Assembly: GCF_000315625.1 (NCBI RefSeq)
Contig: NW_005434670.1
Coordinates: 268,237-332,236 of the forward strand
DNA: 64,000 nucleotides
Source of the DNA: Guillardia theta CCMP2712
Lineage: Eukaryota; Protista; Cryptophyta
Direction: 5' to 3'
Shown here: positions 22,910 through 35,241 of the stretch, piece after piece
How positions within the stretch are numbered: the stretch's first letter is position 1
Layout: each line of letters begins with the position of its first letter
Notes under the pieces: model-generated
Seen by the model: the letters and a program-made list of their open reading frames with translations, nothing else
Database searches by the model: none
What the model was told of the DNA's origin: nothing
Made by a program: the position numbers and the translations under genes

Positions 22910-25900
22910 GTGACAACACAAATCAAAGGATACAAAGATCACCGTTGTTGTGATCATCAAGAATGCACCGTACTGATCGGAACAGCTCATGAGCTGGCAG
23001 AAGAGCATGTTTCGACGAGCAGTTACCTTGCTCGCCCCCCAATGTCTCTCAAACTGCCGGAAGCGATAGAACAGAAAGATCCCGCACAAGGATTGCCACC
23101 TGAAGATTCTCAGGCACGCAACTTGACAAGTGGGAGCTCACCATGAAGGAAAGTATAACACAAACGACATCAAGTTGATCAACACTGCCAAACAGAATGT
23201 TCAGCCAAGTGTGAAGAAACCAAAAGGCTGGGATGAGCAGGAGCAGGAGCAGAAGCAAAGAAAATAAGCAGGGACAGGGAAGCAGCAGGAGTGCAAAGCA
23301 CAAACACAACAAAATTACTTCTTCCGATTCCCAACTTCCACACGTCAATCGACAATCCTGTGTCAGCCCCTGGCCACTGGTCACCAACGTTCCCTGACGT
23401 CAACCCTCAACCCACCACTGAGAGCCACGTAGATCATCGACATGGCACAGTAGCCGACGAGTCCCTTGGTAACTGGGGCGTTGCTGAACCCTGGGATGGG
23501 AAGGGAGGAGATCAGAGGTGGAGACTAGCAGGAGGAGGGAAAGTGAACCTGAGGGGCTCGGAGGCTGGAGGCGGAGGCTTCTTCGGAAGACAAGGTAGAG
23601 GAGGGGAAGTACAAACATGAAGTTGATGACGTCAGCAGCGATGGTCATCGGCGATGATCTCCGTCTCGGGTCGTCGAAATGCAGGAGGGAGTCAATGCCA
23701 CCGCTGGTTGAGCGGGAAGACGTGCGATTGAGGCCATGGCTGTTCAGGGAGGAGTTTGTGTGCCTTGCGTACCACAACTTGTTCCGCAGACTCTTTGTGT
23801 TCTGTGCCGGCTTGTCTGTTGAGAGTCAAGACGCTATGAGAGACAGCAGAGATAGATCTGTCATGATACCGAGATCCCATACGATTTCCGATTGCTCTCT
23901 GACGCTTTTCTGCACTGTCAAGCCGTCAACCTTGGAAGCAAGTGTAAGAAGTCTTTGTCATACCAGCATCTTGTCTCGCAGAGACATCAGCCATGTCACC
24001 CGAGGTCTTGAATCAACCGAGAAGCTTACAATCGCCCCTGAGGAAAGAAACAATCACGTCATTCTCGTTTGCGAGCTCATCGTCCCCCTGAATAACCAGA
24101 CAAGAAGGACAGAGATAAGTAAAGGAGACCACCAGAAACCATGAAGGGGTGCAGGAAGGAGCATGTGGCTGGACAAATGAAGAGATGATGTTAGGGTGGC
24201 GTTGGAGGAGAGGAGAGGAGAGGAGAGGAGAGGAGAGGAGTGGAGTGGAGTGGAGTGGAGAGGATTAGGAGGGGAGGGGCGGCTAGGAGAAACATGGAGA
24301 GATGGCCAGCAGGGAGAGCAGAGGGTGGAGGAGGAGTGAGAAGGGAGAGGATAGGAGGAAGGAGAGAGGAGGGAGAGGGGCAGGTCACGTCATATGTGAG
24401 GAGGGGACGAAGACCAGGTGCGTTGTGCTCGCCATGTCATGGATTTCCTTCTTCGTCCTTTTTTTCTTTGGTCTCTTTGTTTCTTTTACACGGTTTGTGC
24501 TATGGTGCGGTACGGGAATGGATTCAGCAAGTTCATGCGGGTGCGAAGGTAAGGGGTGGGGAGGGGAAGGGAGCTGAAGTTTGAAGAGAGAGATGGAGAG
24601 GAATTGCAGGAGATAGATCAGGACAAACAAGTTTTGAACAAGAAGGAGGTACATTGAGGAGGGAGGATGATTAGGCGACGGGGAGAGGGAGGGGAGAGGA
24701 GGAGATTTAGAGGAGCTGTCGAGTTCTTCACATGTTTACTTGAGCATGATGGAAAGAATCATGGAAAGTTGATCTGAGCAATGCTTGAGAGAAGTTTTAA
24801 GACGTTGGGTGGAATTGAGCGGAGCAACTAATCGAAGCCGTTGTGTTGGTCTAATTCTGATACACTTCCTGGTTCGCTCTGGGATTCATCAGGAGTGTGC
24901 TCCAGGCTCTGCAGGTGTTGTTAAGGGTGTGTGATCGTTCATGGATGAGTTGTTATGTCACAGGGATCATTCCTCCACATCGCATTCGGTGACGAGGAGG
25001 TCTCGAAACCCAAGGCATGCGTCTTGCTTCTGTGACGTGGAAGCAGGAGTCTGTCAGATGGACGTTTCTCGATCCCATGCTGCAGCAGATTCAGTGGTAC
25101 GTGGATCGACTATGAGGGTTGACGAGGACGTTGATGATGGCGCCAGGACGTCGACAGAGCAGCATGACGCAGGGTCCCACAGGAATGGTAACAAGAACCA
25201 CCCGTCGACGATGCCAGAAGCAGGTTGTCTTCAAGTTTCCGACATCCTCGACGTCTCCACTCTGCACAACGTGGACATGGCTTTCGAGGTGTACATGAAC
25301 GACGGCCGCTCGCATGTCATGAGGGTGAGGCGCGACGGATGCGACTGGGGGGGGGGGGGGTAATCCCTGAGATCTGGACAGGCACAAACGTGGAAGGACT
25401 TCGAGACATGGTTCCAGGTACGCACATGAAGTCACGCTTAGCTGCTGGCCTGCCTTGAACCTTTCAAACACAAGGCGCTGAGCTTCCTCTCGAGCGCGGA
25501 GTCGATGAATGAGGACAACACAGGTTGACTATCCGCACCCGATGGGGTCGTGCTGATGGCGCTACAGCGGCACAGGAGACTCGCAGTTTCAACCAGGCGA
25601 GTGGGCTGAACGCAGAGGCCAACAAGAAAATCTCAGCAGGGAAGTTGGGAGGGAGTGCAAGGAAGGCCGTCGACGACGTCACTGCGGGCAAGTCATGGGA
25701 CGATCAGGACATGTTAGAGATATCGGGTCGAAGAGCTCCGATCGATCAGTTCTCGGACTTGTCTTCGGAGAGAGGCAGCGACAGGGGAGAGGACCCTATG
25801 GACGTGAGCGCATCCTTGGAAAGAGCTCGCGTACTGACCTGTAACAGAAGCCAAAGTCGTCGAAGTCTACCGCTATGGACCTCAAGTTTCTCAAGTTCGA

Positions 25901-26724
25901 TGACGAAGACGGAGATGACGAGGAAAGGGCTGGCTCGCAACAGGACAGACGCCTTGAGGAGGAGAAGAACACGCCAAGGTAAGGATTCCTTGACCTTCCT
26001 CTTCAGCTGCGTTAACTCTGCTTCCAGCGAACTGCCAGATGAAATTTACCTGAAGGAGTTGAGGAAGGTGCATGCATACCAGGTGGATAGCGATGAGGCT
26101 GCTCCTCCTTCATCATCGCGTGATCGCAGGCGGACAAGAGAGCAGAGCTGGAATCTCTGATGTCTCAGTTGCGCAGGAACAGGTGAGGAGGATGTCGCCA
26201 GCCAGCAACGTGACGGTCTGACGGGCATGAGACTCGCAGGGAGCGCAACAAGGCACTTCGTCGACGTCTGGAGCTTCAGAATGCAGAGAGCAATCAAAGG
26301 AGGATCAATGACGACATGAGTGATGCTCCATAAGCGCTTGAAGCTTGCCCCTGACGCTCCTTTCAAGCAGATTCCGTCAGCGAGACTGTCTCGGTTGCGT
26401 CTTCGACAGCAAGTATGTTCTCCCTCGCTCCTGCCTCACTCTCTTCCCTTGCTCAAGCATGCGCATAGGCAGCGTCAACGTGAAGATTGAAGAGGTCAGG
26501 AAACAGCTCAAGGTACTACAAGAACATCAAGTTTGTGTGTTGGTGGTAGTGGGGTATGGAAAGCGGTGCAGAATCTGCGGAGGGCGAGGAGTCGAGGAGG
26601 AGAGACGAGGAGGAGAGACGAGGAGGAGGAGGAGGAGGAACTGACTAGTTTGTGGCAGAGGAGCGAAGCCATGAACCTCGAGCTGTGGCGAGAGATCGAC
26701 AGAATGAGCATGGCGCTGCGTTGA
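22910..26724 (+). CDS. Multi-exon protein with two PH-like domains and a C-terminal coiled coil (5' end uncertain, possibly from ~21600)
   Basis: Exons RDISHVTRGLESTEKLTIAPEERNNHVIL...VREWIQQVHAGAK and VSDILDVSTLHNVDMAFEVYMNDGRSHVMR-AQTWKDFETWFQ-ALSFLSS each end in the PH-domain Trp-containing helix; tail VKIEEVRKQLKVLQEHQ-RSEAMNLELWREIDRMSMALR*. Confidence 0.55.
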
Positions 26725-27069
26725 GGTTCAGGGTTGTTGAGTAAACCTTTCTATTGAGCAGAAGGGCAGCAAAGTAAAACTACCAGCCATCCTGGTTCTT
26801 CTTACCAATGCCCCCATGTTTCGCACATGCGGCCACATGACAGTGCGGCAAGTGGGCGAGATGCAGGGAGGAGAGCGTGTGCGAGTTTGTAGTGTGTCCA
26901 ACATGTCTCCCCTGTGTGTGAGGGGATCAAACGGGCCCCAAGATGCGAGCAGTGAGTTAGTGCAATATGTCTGCAATGATCAAAACGAGCCTTTGATGTT
27001 GTCTTTATTGAGATGGTTCGCAGGTTGAACCCACTTGTTGTTGCTACTTGTCGTCAAGGATGAAGTTGT

Positions 27070-28416
27070 ATGATCGCACATCGCCTTCGTTGTAGAACTT
27101 CAGTCCGTGGCTACTTGTTGTTGTTGATCTTCGTACTCTCCTCGGCGTCCGGCGGTCATTGCAGCAAGATGAAAGCTCAAACGAAGCCGCAAAAGTCAGT
27201 GGCAGCAAAACAGCAGAACTCGATGAGCGAGCTGGACAGATACTTTGTGAATGTGTATGGGAGCAAGAGATGGTCCGAGCTGAGAGAAGCGCTGGAAAAG
27301 CCTACCGAGCATGTAGCCTGGATCAACCCCTTCTGCGATTTTCAAGAGCAGACAGCTAGCCGTCTTCTCGGAGAAGAGAAAATCTTCGATGCTTCAGTGT
27401 GGAAGCTGGTCAGGTACAGCGACAAATTTTCTTTCATGGTGCAGCGAGACGATGTTCCATCCGATATCAAGGTGAACATGCCTCCTCCTGCGCCCATCGG
27501 CTTGCGGCAGCTGCACAGCCACTACGTCCTCGACGGCGCCTCGCCGCTCCCCGCCATTTCCCTGCGGGCGGCTCCAGGGAGTCGAGTCCTGGACATCTGT
27601 GCAGCTCCAGGAGGAAAGTCTCTTGTGATTGCAGGAGGGCTCTTCGATGTTGAGACGTCAGGGGCTAAGAGTATGCTGACGTCCAACGATCGCTCGCAAC
27701 CTCGTCGAGACCGTCTGTTGCAAGTGATGCGGGAGTACATTCCTGCCGAGCTGTTGAAGAACGCAGCAAGTAAGGACTCGGGCTCTTATCAGAGGAAGTT
27801 TCAGGGCATTCTCTCTGTCACTGGTGTTGACGCCACGTTGTGGGGCCGAAGTCCAGCAACGTGTGGATGCTTTGACCGCATTCTCGTCGATGCTCCCTGC
27901 AGCAGCGAACGGCATATTGTGCATGGCTCCAGTGGCAGCTCCTGGACACATTCTAGATTGAAACGGGACGCAAAGCTGCAGGGACAAATACTGCAATCCG
28001 CGATCAGAGTTCTGAACCCTAACGGTGGGATGCATGGTTGTTGCAGTAGAGACAGTAGTAACGGTTTCCTCGCAGGTGGTCGACTGGTCTACAGCACGTG
28101 CTCCATCGCTCCAGAGGAAAACGACGAGGTGATCTCGAAGATCATCAATAATTCTCGATTGGCCAAGGGGCTGAAAATTCTGGATCCTCTGGTTGAACTA
28201 CAACACGAGGCCCTTGGCGGTCTGTTACAAGGTGTGGAAAGAACCAAGTACGGTGCTATTATGCTGCCGGACAAGAGCAAATATGGGCCGTTGTACTGGT
28301 GCGTCATGGAGAAAACCATCAGCGGCGCTGCCGGCACAGCATGGCTAGAATCTGAGTCAGATTCAGATTCCGAGAACCAGTCAGGCGAGTCTTCCGAGGG
28401 TCAGGAAGAAACCTGA
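27070..28416 (+). CDS. NOL1/NOP2/Sun-family RNA (cytosine-5)-methyltransferase, NSUN3/NSUN4-like
   Basis: Motifs YVLDGAS, VLDICAAPGGKS, FDRILVDAPCSSE and GGRLVYSTCSIAPEENDEVI (both family cysteines present); probable small in-frame intron at ~28025-28075. Confidence 0.9.
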   Translation: MIAHRLRCRTSVRGYLLLLIFVLSSASGGHCSKMKAQTKPQKSVAAKQQNSMSELDRYFVNVYGSKRWSELREALEKPTEHVAWINPFCDFQEQTASRLLGEEKIFDASVWKLVRYSDKFSFMVQRDDVPSDIKVNMPPPAPIGLRQLHSHYVLDGASPLPAISLRAAPGSRVLDICAAPGGKSLVIAGGLFDVETSGAKSMLTSNDRSQPRRDRLLQVMREYIPAELLKNAASKDSGSYQRKFQGILSVTGVDATLWGRSPATCGCFDRILVDAPCSSERHIVHGSSGSSWTHSRLKRDAKLQGQILQSAIRVLNPNGGMHGCCSRDSSNGFLAGGRLVYSTCSIAPEENDEVISKIINNSRLAKGLKILDPLVELQHEALGGLLQGVERTKYGAIMLPDKSKYGPLYWCVMEKTISGAAGTAWLESESDSDSENQSGESSEGQEET

Positions 28417-29658
28417 TTGAGGTACACCGATTAAACTTTTCGACTCAGCGCCATCTTTTCTCCTCTTGTCAAGATCTGTACACCCCTCGGAATAATTTTC
28501 TCGTGCCTTGGCATTGGGACGTGCCGGCGCACATTTACTTCTGTCATTCGGCTAATCCCGATCGATTATGAAAATCTACATTGATCTCGACTTACACTGC
28601 AGGTCAGTCATAATGAGATTAGAAAGCTCCGCTGTAGCTCGATCCCCCGGCCGACTGTTCGGTGTACACGACCTTCCTGCCCGTTCCCATGTGTCCCATC
28701 CAGCCGGACTGGTCGTTGTCGAACCATCCATCGAAGTTCTGTGTGGCTAACAAGACGACAAGTGAGTAGAGGGAAACTTGCCGAATCTGCAGAACAGCAC
28801 ACAGCGCGAGATTCACCAGCCAGCGCAAAAGAGTACATGGCTTTCAAGACAAATGCCCCCCCATCATCGGAACAACATTCAAGAATCATCCGAATTCAAG
28901 TCAAACATTGCGGTTACTTACCCGAAGAGTACCACGGGTCAGTCTTGCAATAACTGAACTGAGTGCAAGTGCCGGAAATCAAGTCATCAGAGATTGGCCA
29001 GTCGTACTCTAAGAGACAATGAGTCAGTATTCTTGCCCGGTATCAACTTGCAATTGAATCCCCTTCCGATTGCATGGCCGCGGCAGCAGCACTATCGAAC
29101 ATTAAACACTGAGTGTCTGAACTGCTAGCCTAAGTGCCTCAAACTTCACTGTGACGGTTTTGGATCTGCATCTTCACAAACATGTCGGCCCACTAGCGAC
29201 TAGTGACTTGACTACAGTGACATAGCCTACTACCAAGTCTGAAAGTTTAACTAGTAACGCAACAATCATACCGAGATGAACTGAGCAACATCATGGCACT
29301 GACAACTCAGTGTGACCGTTCCGAAGTTCCAGGTTCGGAACCGTCCGTACTACCGTTCATCGTATGGACTAGCGTACTAGCCTATCTCGTGACTACTGAT
29401 GCCAATGGCAGCTGTCACTTACTGTATTCCTCCTCCGGGACGAGGGAAGTCATCTGGCGCGCAAGAGCGAACATGTTGGTCGCAGGTGCCGGAAATAGTG
29501 TTGACCTATCGGTTTTATTCCGTTACAGCTCAGTCTGGAAATGGCCCTCTGACCAGCCGAGTTGCGCGGCGCGGCGCCCGCACCGTACGGTCCCGGACCG
29601 GCCGGGCCGATCGCCGGGTTCCGTTACGCTCGTTACACTTTTGCCCGACAGATCGCCA

Positions 29659-32600
29659 ATGCAAGCATGCTACTGCCTCCTCCTCGCCTTCTGTGTCCTC
29701 GTCCTGCCCCTGTTGGCTCAACCCGATGATGCTGGGACACGAGTGGGTCTGCTGGTGCAGGGACCTACATCCAAGGGCTTGTTCAGGGATGCTGAGTGCC
29801 TCATGTGGGCCCTGAGCCGAGACCCTGTCCGCATGCATGGAATAACGCCCAGGGTTGTATCTGTCTTCTTCACTCCAAGCTATGCACTGTTGGACAAGGT
29901 ATGCTCATGGCTGCTGGTGTATGGTTATTGATGTGATTACCAAGGCAATTGAATTGGGTGCGAGCTGCATAGGGGAGCAGGGAGGGAGGAGGTTCTGCAC
30001 TACACCTGAACCACTGCATAAGGATGACTCAAGCATCTTTGCGAATCATCTCTTCTACGATGGCAAGGACTTCCGAGATTGGATACAGACAATAGATGTC
30101 CTAGTCATCTTTGAGTCTTTGCTGATGAATGTCTTGAAGATAGCTCACCAATCCGGGGTCAAACGCAAAATTCTTGTGCTCAATATTGATTGGACAGATG
30201 GCAACAAGGTGAACCGCAAGAGTGTAGTTTTACAAGATTAGATGTCGTCTCATGTATGAGGTCTCCATCTTGATGGCTGACTGCCATGTTTCAGATTTTG
30301 GAAGCCGCTTCTGCCATCCCAGGGCTCCGTTTCTGGGTCAAGGGAAGGGTGACTTTAGAAAATATCAAGACCATTACGACGAAGCAGAGGGCCAAGCATG
30401 TCAAGATAGACCTTGTCCCATGGTCCATCCCAGATCCTGTTATTCGCAGCAGAAAAGCGCCTGGAAAAGTTGTCCGTTTGATTTTTATTGCGGGCTATGG
30501 GGGGATCTACAACAGAAGGGGTGGGGATATTGTGCTGAAGGCGTATTATGAAGCATACCAGCAACTCAAAGGAAAGATCAGACTTTCGTATTACACTGCT
30601 CGCAATCCACAGGACTATGACATTGCAGTGGATAAGAAGTGGATGGAGCAACCGAACTTGGAGATGCATGTTGGAACTCACCGCCGGGAAACGCTATGGA
30701 AGGCAATGAGCAAGGAGGTTGAGTTGTGCATGACGTTCTTTTTGAAGGCTCTGCTTGCTTCCGACGTGGTCCTGTATCCTTCTCGCTGGGAAGGACTAGG
30801 TCTCTCCCTCCTCGAAGCTTTGCATGCCGGTGACGACAGCAGCCAATCTGCGGGGGCAGGGGCTGATAGTTGATGTCAGGAGTACCCGCGATAGTTACTG
30901 ACGGATGGCCCATGAACGAGCTGGTGCAGCATGATCATAACGGAATCTTGGTGCCTGCAAAGCAAACAGGTAATGCATAATTCTTCTGTGATGTGTCTCT
31001 CTGAAAGTAAGGTTCTTCGTTCCTCCCCAGGTTGGTTTCACATGGCTCCCAAGTGGGAGGTAGACCCTTCCTCCTTAGCCAAAGCTATCATCCGCATTGC
31101 CAGCAACAGGAAACTGCTACGTCGTCTTACCTGCCCCTCTCCGGGTGAATTGCTGGCGAGGCAACACCACTTCATCATGACAGCAAGACAAGTCATTCTC
31201 AGCGAGCCCCAGCCAAGGATTGCTTCGTTTACAGCAGGTCCACATCCGGAGTATCTTCGAGCTGAGTACTTCCGGTCTGATGCGTTCAGAAAGTTTGGGT
31301 ATAAAGTTGTCGAGTATTCGTACGGAGATGATCTCAGAAATCTTTCTGGAAAGGTTTGACTTGCTGCATTCCTTGTGGTTTTTTTTTTGACTGTGTGACT
31401 CTGATCAGAACTTCGACTTCGCGCTGGTTGCTAAGGCACCTCACGTGCAGTGGGTCTCGTACCTCAAGTCAGTGATCAAGGCACCTGTCTTCATGTGGTT
31501 TTGGGATCCCATCGACTATGGAACGGTGAGCCTGCCTCGATCCATCTGGAGGGCTGAGACTTGTTCCGCTCAGGAGAGGAGGATGTGGTTTGAACAAGTA
31601 GCTCCCATGTTTCGCTCGGTCATCCTGAACGAGAAGGGGAGGGAGGGCATGTGGGCAGCGAGGGGCCTAGACGTTCATTACGTGGAGGAAGGGATCATGC
31701 TTCAGGGTGACCGAGGAGCGGGTCGACGACCGACCTTCGACGCACATGGCAAGTATGACTTCGATGTCAGCTTTCAAGGTGACCAACTCGGTCAGGTCTG
31801 ACCCATCTGACCAGACTTGTCAGGGACTGTCTACCCATACCCTCCTGATATCCCACGAGTTAGCGTCTTGCTGAGTCTCAACAGATCGCAAGACTTGGAG
31901 CTAGCAATCTTCGGGCCCGAGGAAATGTGGCAGTCGCTCAACCTGAGCAGCAGAGGGAGATCGTACGGAGCTCAGTCTCGAGCCATTCACAGAAACTCCA
32001 AGATTTCACTCTCCCTTTCCCGCCTCCAGAGAGGTGTGTCTCCTTTCCCTTTCCCTCTTACTCCTGAGGCCCCTGACCTCCGTTAGATGTCGAGCTGTAC
32101 CGCTCCGAGCGATTCATGGATGGCGCCGCATCGGGGGCTTGCGTGCTTTCAGAGAACTTTCCTGGAGTTGACATCGTCCTCCCTCGTGAATCTGTTCTGA
32201 TAGCAAACAGCCAACGAGATTATCTGGAGGTCGCTTCCAAGGTTGTTGCGGATCCCGGCGTTTGCAGGCAACAACGACTGCTGGCAGAGGCGAGTGCGTG
32301 GGGGTTCCATACGTGGGATGACAGCGTGGGGAAGTTCTTGTCACTGATAACTAGCCGTCTCGATCAGTCCAAGGTGCGTCATTGCAGTAGGACAGTCGGA
32401 GAAGACTGTTGCAGCAGCGAGCACTACAACTTGAATCTAGGGACGTCGTTGATGGGATGGGGGGATAGCCAGAGCAGGACATTTGTCACCAGCACAATCG
32501 TTGAAGGGGGGGTGTACTTCTGGGCAGCGATATCTGACTGCCCTTCAAGCATTCTTGCATGGGAAAACATCGCCATCTCGTTCTTGGTACCTTTTGTTGG

Positions 32601-32869
32601 CTGCTGAGCTCAACGCTTATCCCTCTTGGCAGGCGCAGAGGCAGGTCTCACTGGCTGTGCGCAGCGAGAGGACTGCCATGAGAATCAGGGGCAAGGTCGT
32701 GGCGGCTCCTCCTCGGAATCACGGAGCAAGAGCCTTGAGCTTGTTCCAAGACTCCTTCGGGCACAGTGAGGAGTTGGTAGCCTGCGAAGTCGACAGAGCT
32801 GGACGTTGGTGCAGAGACATCAGCATGATCAGCTTCAACTATTACCTCCGGTTACGAAGCCCTGAATGA
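29659..32869 (+). CDS. Secretory-pathway tandem GT-B glycosyltransferase (GT4-like module plus Glyco_trans_1_2/CgeB-like module), multi-exon
   Basis: Signal peptide MQACYCLLLAFCVLVLPLLA; module 1 SDVVLYPSRWEGLGLSLLEALHAG-VPAIVTDGWPMNELVQHDHNGILVP (EX7E motif); module 2 HRNSKISLSLSRLQR-DVELYRSERFMDGAASGACVLSE...HTWD. Confidence 0.8.
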
Positions 32870-32940
32870 ACTCCTGACCGTGCCATCAGTGGTGGTGTCA
32901 CAGTGACGCGGCGGTTACCAGTGACCGTCCGAGGCCGCCC

Positions 32941-33345
32941 GGCCGCCGCTGGCCCTCAGGACTCGCCACAGGCTTTCGAGTCAAGCTACTGTGACTGCAG
33001 TACAGCCACGCGCGCGGCCCGGACTGTCACCGGACTGTGAATTCGCCTCGGAACTCAAGCGGGCCTCGGCCCGGGGCGGCCACGGTCCTCGGACCGTGAC
33101 TCGGGCCGGGCGCGGCGGCCGCGGAGTCAGTCACGCCGCGGCCCGGGGCCCGGGGCTACCGTACGGCCCGCCCGGCCGGGCCGCCGCTGGCCCTCAGGAC
33201 ACAGGCTTCCGAGTCAAGCTACTGTGACTGCAGTACAGCCACGCGTGACGGTGTGGGCCACAGTGAAGCGCCGCGGGCGGCGGACAGGCTGTGACCGTGG
33301 CTGTGAATTCGCCTCGGGACTCAGCCGCCGGGGCCTCGGGGCGCG
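32941..33345. repeat. Degenerate tandem duplication (~238-bp period) in a GC-rich spacer
   Basis: ggccgccgctggccctcaggac...cgagtcaagctactgtgactgcagtacagccacgcg...ctgtgaattcgcctcgg occurs from 32941 and again from 33179. Confidence 0.85.
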
Positions 33346-35011
33346 GCCAGTCCTCGGACGCCCCCGGGGCCCTCAGCCCTTGAGTGACTGGCTTACTACT
33401 GGCTAGTCCGAATTGCAACAAATCAAACGATTGGAGCCGTTTACAGTTTGATGAGTAAAAAAGTTGGAAGCAAAGTTTCACTTAAGTTGAGGTCGCTGTG
33501 AGGTGCAGTAATAAAACTACTAGGCTACCCCTTCGGACCCCCACCGGTCGGGTGCTGAATATGTCCAACCCCTAAGTCCGCCGAGAGCTTCGAGCCCCCG
33601 GGCTACAGCTAATCATGACTAGCAGCTTGAGGGGAATCCGTCACGCTGAGAGGGGTGGATAACGGTAAGGCTGCTGGCCCTGCTAGTTCAGCTAAAAACG
33701 GACTCAGACTGGCCTACCGTAAGACTTATGAACACCGGTAGTACCGGCCACCCCTCCCCCCAACCACTGTAACGCAATTATCGGCGGGGTGGTACCCCAC
33801 CGTCATGGAGGCTGCGGAATTTGAGTGAAAGTTCCGGCAGGCTACCCCCCACCCCCACCGTCACGTCTCCATCAGGTCGAGCTGACTATATAAAAGGGGG
33901 TCACAGTCGCAGCCCGAGCGGGGTACATGGACCGTGACCCTACCCCGCTTGAAGTTCACTTTGAGTCCCTGAAAGTGGGTACCCCACCCCACCTCCACAA
34001 CTACCAAGATAATAATTACCCAACTTCTCAACGGTAGCATTATTAGAGTACCCACCCGTCTTCTTCAGCAATGATTGGTGCCCGCACCGTGCCATTGACA
34101 CGAGCACCCAGTACCACCCCTAGTCCCCCGGGTCTAGACGCAACCACCTACCCCACCAGGGTCAAATGGCTGACCCTACCCTTCTACACAAAATATCGGC
34201 ATTCTAGGAGCCACTTGGGCAAACCTTGACCCCTTCATTATCTATCGTGGGACTACCCCCTTGTCTCCTTACCCCTACCCCTCATTCTCAATTGAGGGTC
34301 TCATACCCCAGGACCCCAACCCCTAACCTGATTTGTGGGAGGCTGTGCGACTCTGGGTGCATGCAGAAGGGGCGTGATGGTAGAAAGAAGGACAAGAGGA
34401 GAAAAAGAGATCAGAAGAGGAGAGCAGATGGTTTGACTGGAATTAGCGTTCGTATGCATGCTGCAAGGTAGTTGCCGCTGGCAGAACGAAACGGAGGGAA
34501 CAAGTTCATAGCAAGATGGGAGCTTTTGCTGTGGGATAGATAGAATCTCTACGATCATACACGGCTCGTTCGATGCTCAACAATAATTCTAGACAATTAA
34601 GCCAAAGTCTGAAGTATGTATGTGAAATAACCCTGCATGAAAGATCGTACAAGACATAAAACTCAACTCGGAACTTTTGTTCCATTAGTTTTTGTGTTCA
34701 ACGTTAGAGTGTTTCTTGGCGTTTGTCCTAACTTCTGATTTCAAACACAGCAACTGTAGAGCTGACATGAATAGAAAAAAACACGTACAAACTGCTTTCT
34801 TGTTTTCTTGTCTCAGATTTGGATTTCCTTTCGTTCAGATATTGATAATCCAAAAAACATTTACGAACTGATTCATATTTTCTTCAGTCTCATTCGCATG
34901 ATCTGCAATCCTCAGTGCTGATTTGCTGCGAGAGGTAATAACAGTTTCTGCTTGATTCGTGAACTAATGGGTGTATTGCAGATATTGATACCTGAACGTT
35001 GAGTCTTCAAC

Positions 35012-35071
35012 ATGAACTCTCCTCATTTGAACTCTCCTCATTTGAACTCCCCTCTTCTGAACTCCCCTCTT
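35012..35071. repeat. 15-bp tandem repeat x4
   Basis: tgaactctcctcatt tgaactctcctcatt tgaactcccctcttc tgaactcccctcttt, upstream of the kinase ATG. Confidence 0.9.
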
Positions 35072-35241
35072 TCTGGAGAGCATGCAAGCCAGGTTTGCTA
35101 AAGTCTGTGAACGGATAGTCATGACGATTGCTTAGCAATACGCGTGGATGCAATCTCCGAACATGGTTGCAAATTCGCATGCGTATGTGGGGGCGTATCA
35201 AGTGAGGCAGTGTTGTGCGGCTCCTTGAGATTGATTGTGAC

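Noticed and set aside
22135-23880. Hydrophobic minus-strand ORFs suggesting an ion channel
   Set aside because: Splice signals and PH-like exons favour the plus strand; the hydrophobicity comes from the reverse complement of purine-rich introns.
28430-29200. Possible small minus-strand multi-exon gene (NFDGWFDNDQSGWMGHMG...)
   Set aside because: Could not build a supported start-to-stop model.
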